A stretch of 32,000 nucleotides of DNA, taken from the NCBI RefSeq assembly GCF_025149285.1, contig NZ_CP102274.1; one strand, 5' to 3'. The position numbers and the translations under genes were made by a program. The notes under the pieces are model-generated. The model saw only the letters and a list, made by a program, of their open reading frames with translations. It ran no database searches and was not told where the DNA came from. Shown here in pieces: positions 18,994 to 26,193 of this stretch (the first letter of the stretch is position 1; every line of letters begins with the position of its first letter). Source of the stretch: Hungatella hathewayi (lineage in GTDB: Bacteria > Bacillota > Clostridia > Lachnospirales > Lachnospiraceae).

Positions 18994-19955
18994 AGCTTGG
19001 AAAGCTGCGTTACGAATCAAAATATTTAGCAATCAGACATTTCCATGAAACAGAGCAGTGGAGCATTGCATGGATGTGCAAACAGCTTGAAATCTCAAGG
19101 GCGGCTTATTATAAATGGCTGGACCGGGAGATTCCGAAACAGGAATCGGAAAATCTTAAGCTGGCAGAACTGATTAAAGAATACGATCAACGCTTTGGCC
19201 ATATCTTAGGCTATCGAAGAATGACTTCATGGGTCAATCGCTTTAACCATACTGCTTATGGAAAAAAGCGGGTACATCGGATTATGAAGAAACTGGGTAT
19301 TCAATCTGTAATCAGAAAGAAAAAGAAAAAATATGTATCTTCTCCCCCGGAAACAACCGCAGAAAACAAGCTATGCAGGGATTTTTATGCGTCTGCACCA
19401 AACCAGAAATGGTCTACAGATGTAACTGAGTTTAAAATACCGGGCGAAAAAAAGAAGCTGTATCTAAGTGTAATCATTGATTTATATGACCGATACCCTG
19501 TTTCCTATGTAATCAGCAGCCGGAATGATAATCAACTGGTGTTTAAAACATTTGATAAGGCGGTGATCTCCAATCCGAACGCAGCGCCGATTTTTCATAG
19601 TGACAGAGGTTTTCAATATACGAGCAGAGTGTTTCAGAAGAAACTAAAGGAACATGAAATGGAACAATCCATGTCAAGAGCAGGACACTGTATTGATAAT
19701 GGCCCCACAGAAGGTTTCTGGGGAATTATAAAATCAGAAATGTATCAGATGTATGAAATTACTGATGAAACGACATTGAGACATGCAATAAAGGAATATA
19801 TGAAGTTTTATAGCGCAGAACGTCCTCAAGACAGGTATCATTGTAAGACACCGTTAGAAGTAAGGAATGAGGCAATCGCTGCTGAACATCCAGAAGAATA
19901 CCCTATTCCTAAAAACAAGCGAATCGAAAAATATAAAGAAAAATGGTGTGCATAG
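18990..19955 (+). CDS. IS3-family transposase OrfB (DDE integrase core)
   Basis: 321 aa; HTH_21-like region, NQKWSTDVTEF, HSDRGFQYTS, DNGPTEGFWGIIKSE DDE motifs. Confidence 0.95.
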   Translation: MKLGKLRYESKYLAIRHFHETEQWSIAWMCKQLEISRAAYYKWLDREIPKQESENLKLAELIKEYDQRFGHILGYRRMTSWVNRFNHTAYGKKRVHRIMKKLGIQSVIRKKKKKYVSSPPETTAENKLCRDFYASAPNQKWSTDVTEFKIPGEKKKLYLSVIIDLYDRYPVSYVISSRNDNQLVFKTFDKAVISNPNAAPIFHSDRGFQYTSRVFQKKLKEHEMEQSMSRAGHCIDNGPTEGFWGIIKSEMYQMYEITDETTLRHAIKEYMKFYSAERPQDRYHCKTPLEVRNEAIAAEHPEEYPIPKNKRIEKYKEKWCA

Positions 19956-20069
19956 AAAAACGGCCACAAAATGTGGCCGTTCATCAGCCCCTCGTTTTAA
20001 ATATTTCACCTGTCTACTTGACAGGGGGCATATCAATAGAGGGTGGTTTTTCTATGCCTTAAATAAGCA

Positions 20070-20159
20070 CTATCGACAGAACGTAAATACGAACGTCAGC
20101 AATGCCAGGATGAACAGTCCAAAAGTCATTAAATCCTTAAAGTCAAATTTCATCCGCAT
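20070..20159 (-). CDS. 29-aa hydrophobic peptide, candidate holin-like type I toxin
   Basis: Hand-translated MRMKFDFKDLMTFGLFILALLTFVFTFCR; strong GGAGG RBS; resembles short single-TM putative holin-like toxins of Firmicutes. Confidence 0.65.
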   Translation of the reverse strand: MRMKFDFKDLMTFGLFILALLTFVFTFCR

Positions 20160-20160
20160 C

Positions 20161-20189
20161 ACCTCCATTCTATGTAGTAGAATGGAGGT
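20161..20189 (-). promoter_or_regulatory. Hairpin sequestering the Shine-Dalgarno of the toxin candidate
   Basis: ACCTCCATTCT (20161-20171) / AGAATGGAGGT (20179-20189); on the minus strand the GGAGGT SD lies in the 3' arm. Confidence 0.7.
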
Positions 20190-20304
20190 CAACCACCCTG
20201 TAACACGATTGTTCCATAAAATGGTTTATCATAATAAAAAGTATATTTCAATTAAAAACGTTGTATTTCCCGCGGCGTATTTCTGTTCTGCAACAATTTA
20301 TTTT

Positions 20305-21351
20305 CTACGATTTTTTCCAACTAAAATACAATCTTGCTATCACATCTTCAATAGGCGCTCTTCTGATTTCCACATCCTCAATACCTTCAAATTCCGCAAG
20401 GTAACCAAGAACCTCATGGATTGCGGTCTGATTTCGGTTGAACTCGTATTCGTAAATCCCTCCATTGGAAGAGAGCAGCTGTAATCCTGGAATTGCAGGA
20501 GCACTTAAGAGCCCCCCAGCTGCGGCAGACTGCTTATCAGAGCCGGGGCTTCTCATGGTGACAACGATTCTGGAACAGGCGCCGGCCGTATTTCTGAGTT
20601 CATCAAAATTTCCGTCAAATGCAATCTGCCCTTTATTCAGAAGAATAATCCGCTGTGCCATCTCCTCCAGATCATCCATGTCATGGCTTGTGACGATAAT
20701 CGTGGTTCCGCATTCCCGGTTAATTTCCTTTAAAAAGTGTATCATCTGCTGTTTGGCCAGCACATCCAGGCCCAGTGTCGGCTCATCTAGGAAAATTACG
20801 GAAGGATCGTGCAGAAGCAGCATCGCAATATCCGCCCGCATGCGCTGTCCAAGGCTCAGTTCCCTGGCAAATGTGTGAAGGAGGTCTTTCAGATCGAGCA
20901 GTTCCGTTACAAGTGCCAGATTTTTTTTGTATACTGCATCCGGGATTCCCCATACCTCCTTTTTCCATTCGAAGCTGGTAATGACGGGATGATCCCACCA
21001 GGTTTCCGTCCGCTGTCCGAACAGTACGCCAACATGACGCATGAGTTCGATCCGGTCTGTGGCAGGATTGAAACCGGACACGGACACCGTGCCCTCTGAA
21101 GGGCTTAAGATACCGGAGAGGATCTTAATGGTTGTGCTCTTGCCGGCTCCGTTGGCTCCGGCGTAAGCGACAAACTCACCCGGAGCCACTTCGAAGGAAA
21201 GATGATCGAGTGCTGTGATGATGCGTTTCTGAGGGCGAAGCATATTTTTTAAGATATCCCGTGCGTGGCCGCTTCTCTGCCATTGGGAATACTGTTTTGT
21301 AACATTATCGATGACCAAAGCCGGAGTATCGTGGCGAACCGTTGACTGCAT
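20305..21351 (-). CDS. ABC-2 type exporter ATP-binding protein
   Basis: 348 aa; Walker A GANGAGKST, signature LSLGQRMRADIAM, Walker B VIFLDEPT, H-loop TSHD. Confidence 0.93.
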   Translation of the reverse strand: MQSTVRHDTPALVIDNVTKQYSQWQRSGHARDILKNMLRPQKRIITALDHLSFEVAPGEFVAYAGANGAGKSTTIKILSGILSPSEGTVSVSGFNPATDRIELMRHVGVLFGQRTETWWDHPVITSFEWKKEVWGIPDAVYKKNLALVTELLDLKDLLHTFARELSLGQRMRADIAMLLLHDPSVIFLDEPTLGLDVLAKQQMIHFLKEINRECGTTIIVTSHDMDDLEEMAQRIILLNKGQIAFDGNFDELRNTAGACSRIVVTMRSPGSDKQSAAAGGLLSAPAIPGLQLLSSNGGIYEYEFNRNQTAIHEVLGYLAEFEGIEDVEIRRAPIEDVIARLYFSWKKS

Positions 21352-22165
21352 AATATTTCATTCCTTTCTTAAATACATAAATTGTGAACAGTGATAATGC
21401 CAATGCCGCTGCCGGCAGATAACATGCCTGCAAAAGCAGTACAGCGCTTAAGCCGCCGTTCCCTGCTTTTAAAAGCAGCTCCGACGGAAACCAGGCAGCC
21501 AGCCCCACTGGAAGCACGGTCAGGAACAGCCGTTTGACGGAATGGTTCATCGTGCCCAGCGGATAAGTCTTCAGAGAAGTAAATAAATCCCTGCCTGTCT
21601 GGGCGATCTCCTCGGCTGCCGCAGGTGCGTAAAATGCTGCGCAGGACAGGAGGACCATAACGGATAAGACCAATATGGTGGAGCTGACCGCATAGATAAG
21701 CAGCAGAAGCAGCCAGGGCAGTGTGGCGGATAGGGGCAGCCGTCTGACTGTATACGCCGTCAGTCCGATTCCGCATACCAGCATACTGCTTCCAGACAGC
21801 GGGGAAAAGCCCTGGGCCAGCAGTTCTGCCCATAGGGGAACCGGCTGTATCATTATGTGATCCAGCTGCCCCCGTCCTATGATGCGGCTTATCATAGACG
21901 TATTATTACCGATAAAAAACATCATATAGATTCCGTCAACGAGAGTGGAGAAGCCCATCATAAAGAGTATCTCCCCCTGATTCATGCCTCCGAAGCCGCC
22001 GAATTTTTCGGAAAGCAGGAAAACGCCTGCGATGGTACAAACCGCGCATACCGTGTCTGAAAAGATTTGAAGCAGACAGTAGCGGGTGTCCCGAAGAAAC
22101 CACAGGAGGTCCATTTTTGTGTATTGCCTGTAAAGACGAAACAGTATTTTTAAATTATCCACCAA
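21305..22165 (-). CDS. ABC-2 type transporter permease
   Basis: 286 aa polytopic; overlaps the ATPase gene; QIFSDTVCAVCTIAGVFLLSEKFGGFGGMNQGEILFMMGF. Confidence 0.85.
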   Translation of the reverse strand: MVDNLKILFRLYRQYTKMDLLWFLRDTRYCLLQIFSDTVCAVCTIAGVFLLSEKFGGFGGMNQGEILFMMGFSTLVDGIYMMFFIGNNTSMISRIIGRGQLDHIMIQPVPLWAELLAQGFSPLSGSSMLVCGIGLTAYTVRRLPLSATLPWLLLLLIYAVSSTILVLSVMVLLSCAAFYAPAAAEEIAQTGRDLFTSLKTYPLGTMNHSVKRLFLTVLPVGLAAWFPSELLLKAGNGGLSAVLLLQACYLPAAALALSLFTIYVFKKGMKYYAVNGSPRYSGFGHR

Positions 22166-22985
22166 AAGAAATCATCCTTTCTTTGCTTTTTTTAAATACC
22201 ATGGCCGCTGTAATCCACAAAATCACATTCCAGATAAGCTGCAGCCCAATGGTTCTAAAGGGGGATGCGGCCATGCCGGTATAGATGGTGAGCGGTGCAT
22301 GGGCGATCGAGCCAAAAGGGAGACAGGAAAAAAACTTATCCAGTCCCCATGGAAACAGGGCAAAGGGAATCATTTCCCCTGACAGGAGGGAAAATGCTGC
22401 CTCCCGTATACTGGCTGCTGCCCAGCAGCCATTTTTTAAGAACATGGCAAAAGCGGCAAACAGCAGGTCGAGGGCAAATCCCAGAGAGGCCGAAAGCATC
22501 AGACTGATGAACGCCATCAATCCGGAGGCAGAGTCTGCCGGAGCCGGATTTACATGTAAAAACGGCGAGATGATCAGCAGAGGAAGGCCAAAAAACAGAA
22601 AATTCGGAATCCACCACCGTCCGATCGTTTCAGCGATGAAACTGACCGGAACGGGCACCGGCCGGGTAAAACGTCCAATGACAGAACCTTCCCACAGTGA
22701 GGAGGTAGCCGGTGAAATAATATTTAATTCCTGATGAAAAACGGTTGCCATCAGCGTATATGTCATCAGCTGATTTAATGTCATGCCTCCTAAACCGGCA
22801 CCTTCCCGGTCCAGGGCGGTCCAGATAAAAACGAGCATGACAAACTGAACGGCAGAAACAAGATATCCGCCTGCGATGCACAGGATACCGCCGTCAAAAA
22901 TTTGTTTTGTACACATCAGTACAGTGGAAACAATGGCGCGGGGCCCGCAGCCATGTCCGGCAAGAAATGTCTTAAATTTATTCAT
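22155..22985 (-). CDS. ABC-2 type transporter permease
   Basis: 276 aa polytopic, overlapping the next permease gene; typical two-permease plus ATPase arrangement. Confidence 0.85.
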   Translation of the reverse strand: MNKFKTFLAGHGCGPRAIVSTVLMCTKQIFDGGILCIAGGYLVSAVQFVMLVFIWTALDREGAGLGGMTLNQLMTYTLMATVFHQELNIISPATSSLWEGSVIGRFTRPVPVPVSFIAETIGRWWIPNFLFFGLPLLIISPFLHVNPAPADSASGLMAFISLMLSASLGFALDLLFAAFAMFLKNGCWAAASIREAAFSLLSGEMIPFALFPWGLDKFFSCLPFGSIAHAPLTIYTGMAASPFRTIGLQLIWNVILWITAAMVFKKSKERMISFGG

Positions 22986-23080
22986 GATAGAACTGCCTTT
23001 CTAAAAAATGGAATAATAGAACCCATTTTCCGAAAAGGGCAGATTTTATGTAAAGGGGGCTAATCCCAGAACATAAAAAT

Positions 23081-23106
23081 ACCCGAAAGCGCAGGCACCT
23101 TCGGGT
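23081..23106 (-). terminator. Terminator of the 52-aa small ORF
   Basis: ACCCGAA (23081-23087) / TTCGGGT (23100-23106), followed on the minus strand by ATTTTTATG. Confidence 0.65.
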
Positions 23107-23132
23107 AGAGAAACCATCATGAAAACCGGTCG

Positions 23133-23291
23133 TTAAGACAGCCGGAAAATCGATGAATACGAAGGGAGGACGCTGCTGTTATCGCAAAAATGGGCGCACT
23201 GATACACGGAAGCGTCATTTTTGTACGTAATAACGGCGACATTGTCAATATTTAACCACAGTGTTGTGGCCTTGATTGTGATGCAATGCAT
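23133..23291 (-). CDS. Small ORF (52 aa), unknown function
   Basis: Hand-translated MHCITIKATTLWLNIDNVAVITYKNDASVYQCAHFCDNSSVLPSYSSIFRLS; AAAAAGGAGGTGG RBS, upstream promoter and downstream terminator. Confidence 0.5.
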   Translation of the reverse strand: MHCITIKATTLWLNIDNVAVITYKNDASVYQCAHFCDNSSVLPSYSSIFRLS

Positions 23292-23325
23292 GGCGTCCAC
23301 CTCCTTTTTCTAAAATGTTTGTTTT

Positions 23326-23354
23326 AGCATATCATGACAGTGGAGGTGAGTCAA
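23326..23354 (-). promoter_or_regulatory. Promoter for the 52-aa small ORF
   Basis: Minus strand TTGACT (23354-23349), 17 nt, TATGCT (23331-23326). Confidence 0.55.
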
Positions 23355-23381
23355 GAATAATATGCCTCTTGATTGTCCCCA
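23354..23381 (+). repeat. 28-bp direct repeat (left target-site duplication)
   Basis: AGAATAATATGCCTCTTGATTGTCCCCA, identical to 25192-25219. Confidence 0.95.
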
Positions 23382-23501
23382 TATGAGCCATTTATGATAA
23401 TGTCCTTATATACCGCAAGGGAAAATGTCCCAAGTATGGTATAATCCTCTGGATATACATCTAAGAAGGAGGACATCACGATCAGAAAGGTAATACTATC
23501 A

Positions 23502-24893
23502 ATGGACGAACAGAAGAAATATGAAGTTATCAAAGGATTGTCAGATCATCCAGGCTCCAGCAAAGAAAGAGCCGCCCTGACTCTTGGTTATTCCGTACGC
23601 CATATTAACCGTATGCTTGCCGGATATCAGAAATCCGGTAAAGAGTACTTCTCACATGGAAACAAGGGACGTAAACCCGCTAATACAATCAAAGATGAGA
23701 CCAGGTCTGTTATTGTTGATCTCTATCGCAGCAAGTACTATGACGCTAACTTTACTCACTACACGGAATTACTTGAGAAACATGAATGCATTTCTGTTTC
23801 TCCGTCCTCTGTTTCTAAAATCCTGGAGGAGGAATATATTCTTTCTCCTAAAGTTACCCGTGCAAAACAAAAACGAATCAAAAAGCACTTAAAAGATCTG
23901 AAGAAGGCGGCCAGGCCACAGAAGGAAGCCGATACGATCCAAACCAACCTCGTTGCTGTGGAGGATGCCCATTCCAGACGTCCCAGAGCTGCTTATTTTG
24001 GTGAGCTGATCCAAATGGACGCCACCCCGTATGCATGGATTCCTGGCGTTGTATGGCATCTTCACGTCGCTATTGATGATGCAACCGGAAGGATTGTCGC
24101 TGCATGGTTTGATACGCAGGAAACCTTAAACGCTTACTATCATATCTTTCACCAGATTTTAACCACCTATGGCATCCCGTATAAGTTTTTCACTGACAGG
24201 CGCACTGTATTTACCTATAAAAAGAAAAATTCCCCATCTCTCGATGAGGATACCTATACCCAGTTTGCCTATGCTTGTAACCAACTCGGCGTCGAATTAG
24301 AGTCAAGCAGTATACCACAAGCCAAAGGGCGCGTAGAACGATTAAACCAGACCCTACAGTCGCGCCTGCCAATTGAAATGCGTCTGGCAGGCATTACGAC
24401 GATAGAAGCTGCCAACGAATTCCTCAACCTCCAAGTAAAAGAATTCAATGAGAAGTTCTCACTTCCTCTTAATACTATCAAATCCGTATTCGAAGTGCAA
24501 CCATCAGATGAAAAAATCAATCTGATCCTCGCTATTCTGAGTGAACGTACTGTGGATACCGGCCATTGTCTCAGGCACAATAACCATTACTACAGGATGC
24601 TCGACAAAAATGGAGTACAGGTACACTACCGTAAAGGAACCAAAACTATGTTTATACAGGCTTTTGATGGCAATCAATACTGTTGTGTAAATGATACGAC
24701 AATCCATGCGCTCGACTGTATTCCAGAACACGAAGCCAAATCAAAAGATCTGGACTTGGATTACAAAGAACCTAAGCCGAAAAAACAATACATTCCCCCG
24801 ATGAATCATCCATGGAGAAAGTCCGTATTCGGGAAATTTGTCAGGAAACAAGAACATCATTGGAATGATGACGAAAAAGTATATGCTTCCTAG
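23502..24893 (+). CDS. ISNCY/IS1202-type DDE transposase
   Basis: 463 aa; HTH (ALTLGYSVRHINRMLAGYQKSG), MDATPYAWIPG, FTDRRTVF, QAKGRVERLNQTLQSRL. Confidence 0.9.
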   Translation: MDEQKKYEVIKGLSDHPGSSKERAALTLGYSVRHINRMLAGYQKSGKEYFSHGNKGRKPANTIKDETRSVIVDLYRSKYYDANFTHYTELLEKHECISVSPSSVSKILEEEYILSPKVTRAKQKRIKKHLKDLKKAARPQKEADTIQTNLVAVEDAHSRRPRAAYFGELIQMDATPYAWIPGVVWHLHVAIDDATGRIVAAWFDTQETLNAYYHIFHQILTTYGIPYKFFTDRRTVFTYKKKNSPSLDEDTYTQFAYACNQLGVELESSSIPQAKGRVERLNQTLQSRLPIEMRLAGITTIEAANEFLNLQVKEFNEKFSLPLNTIKSVFEVQPSDEKINLILAILSERTVDTGHCLRHNNHYYRMLDKNGVQVHYRKGTKTMFIQAFDGNQYCCVNDTTIHALDCIPEHEAKSKDLDLDYKEPKPKKQYIPPMNHPWRKSVFGKFVRKQEHHWNDDEKVYAS

Positions 24894-24913
24894 AAATGGA
24901 GCGGAATCGTTGA

Positions 24914-24968
24914 CAAGAGAACCGTGGAATAACAGGGTTATGCCCTGTTATTCCGTGAAAGTCTCTTG
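24914..24968. repeat. Long hairpin downstream of the IS1202-like transposase
   Basis: GGAATAACAGGG (24926-24937) / CCCTGTTATTCC (24943-24954), 12-bp perfect stem, plus outer CAAGAGA (24914-24920) / TCTCTTG (24962-24968). Confidence 0.9.
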
Positions 24969-25191
24969 ACATAAGATTCACGGCCCCCCCTTATCCGCCA
25001 GAAAGAAACAATGTTTCTTTCCCTGCCTTCCCGGCGAGGGATAACGGATCAAGGGCTCTGTTGTGATACCCAAAAATGAAGAAACACATCTGATTCAAGC
25101 TTAACAACACAAACGAAACTTAAGAAAAGCCCCAGCGATTTGCCGGGGCTAATGTTTCACTTATTTTGGGACATTTTCAAAAACGCTTGAC

Positions 25192-25219
25192 AGAATAATA
25201 TGCCTCTTGATTGTCCCCA
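25192..25219 (+). repeat. 28-bp direct repeat (right target-site duplication)
   Basis: AGAATAATATGCCTCTTGATTGTCCCCA, identical to 23354-23381. Confidence 0.95.
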
Positions 25220-25267
25220 AATTTGATCAGTAAAGTTAAGCTTACTGTAAGGCTGGGGTTAAACGAA

Positions 25268-25300
25268 AAGCCCCTTTCGGTATTAAACCGATTGGGGCTT
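25268..25300 (-). terminator. Intrinsic terminator of nagB
   Basis: AAGCCCC (25268-25274) / GGGGCTT (25294-25300) with inner TTCGGT/AACCGA pairing, T-rich on the minus strand. Confidence 0.75.
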
Positions 25301-25333
25301 AAATTATGTACTGTTTAGTCAGTACCACTCTTA

Positions 25334-26089
25334 CTATTTACAGCAGTCGCCAAGTTTCGCGAGGGCAGCTTCGTCTGCTACGATTGTTACATCCGGATGC
25401 AGCTGTAAAATGGAAGCAGGAACGCGAGGAGTAACCGGACCGCAGATCACTTCCCGTAAGATGGCAGCCTTATCCTCGCCGCTTACTACCAGCAGGATCT
25501 TTTTTGCACTCATGATGGTTCCGATTCCCATGGTGTAAGCCTGACGCGGAACGTCATCGATGGAAGCGAAGAAACGCTTGTTTGCTTCGATGGTACTTTC
25601 CTGTAAATCAACGATATGAGTTTCCTTCGGATACTCATCGGCCGGCTCATTAAAGCCGATGTGACCGTTGTGGCCGAGGCCTAAAAGCTGGAGGTCTACG
25701 CCGCCTAACTCATGGACTACATTTTCATAGCGCGCACACTCTTTTGCAGCGTCCGGCTCTGTGCCATCAGGGATATTGGTGTTCTCTTCCTTGATATTGA
25801 CATGCTTGAACAGATTCTCATGCATAAAATAGTAGTAGCTTTGATCGTTATCTCTTGTCAGTCCTTTATATTCATCCAGATTGGCAGTCTTTACTTCAGC
25901 AAAATCCAGATCACCGTTGTTGTACCATTCAATCAACTGCTTGTAGGTTCCGATCGGTGTGGAACCTGTAGCGAGTCCCAGTACGCAGTCTGGTTTCATG
26001 ATAACCTGAGCGGAAATAATGTGTGCCGCTTTGCGGCTCATGTCATTGTAATCCTTTGCGCGGTAAAGTCTCATTTTATAGCCCTCCAT
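25334..26089 (-). CDS. nagB: Glucosamine-6-phosphate deaminase
   Basis: 251 aa; CVLGLATGSTPIGTYKQLI, TANLDEYKGL, QLLGLGHNGHIGFNEP. Confidence 0.96.
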   Translation of the reverse strand: MEGYKMRLYRAKDYNDMSRKAAHIISAQVIMKPDCVLGLATGSTPIGTYKQLIEWYNNGDLDFAEVKTANLDEYKGLTRDNDQSYYYFMHENLFKHVNIKEENTNIPDGTEPDAAKECARYENVVHELGGVDLQLLGLGHNGHIGFNEPADEYPKETHIVDLQESTIEANKRFFASIDDVPRQAYTMGIGTIMSAKKILLVVSGEDKAAILREVICGPVTPRVPASILQLHPDVTIVADEAALAKLGDCCK

Positions 26090-26193
26090 GTTCTTGAAAA
26101 AAAATTTTATTCCATTTATAGCTTTAGGATAACATTTTTATGGCATAGTTTCAATGGCTATTTGCATAAAATATTTATAAAAGGGGTGATATC

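Larger units (their letters stand above)
18255..20035 (+). mobile_element. IS3-family insertion sequence (1781 bp), apparently intact
   Basis: Imperfect 27-bp terminal inverted repeats TGATATGATACCTCTTAAGTAGACAAG (18255-18281) / CCTGTCTACTTGACAGGGGGCATATCA (20009-20035); ATA direct repeat at 18252-18254 and 20036-20038; orfA/orfB. Confidence 0.88.
23382..25191 (+). mobile_element. IS1202-like insertion sequence (about 1810 bp)
   Basis: 463-aa DDE transposase; 22-bp imperfect TIRs TGAGCCATTTATGATAATGTCC (23384-23405) / GGACATTTTCAAAAACGCTTGA (25169-25190), 16/22 matches; exact 28-bp flanking direct repeats. Confidence 0.85.

Noticed and set aside
19867-20484. 205-aa plus-strand ORF spanning the right IS end and the toxin region
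   Set aside because: Crosses from the IS3 orfB end through its terminator hairpin and TIR into unrelated sequence; composition looks non-coding.
20305-22985. ABC exporter as a bacteriocin or lantibiotic immunity system
   Set aside because: No precursor peptide, modification enzyme or two-component system nearby; only a generic ABC-2 exporter can be supported.
18255-25191. Possible composite transposon carrying the ABC exporter between two IS elements
   Set aside because: The two elements are from different families (IS3 and IS1202-like), each with its own terminal repeats and its own flanking duplication (ATA and 28 bp), so they are independent insertions.
23354-25219. 28-bp direct repeats as CRISPR repeats or att sites of an integrative element
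   Set aside because: Only two copies exist, 1.8 kb apart, exactly bracketing a transposase with TIRs; a long IS1202-type target duplication explains them.
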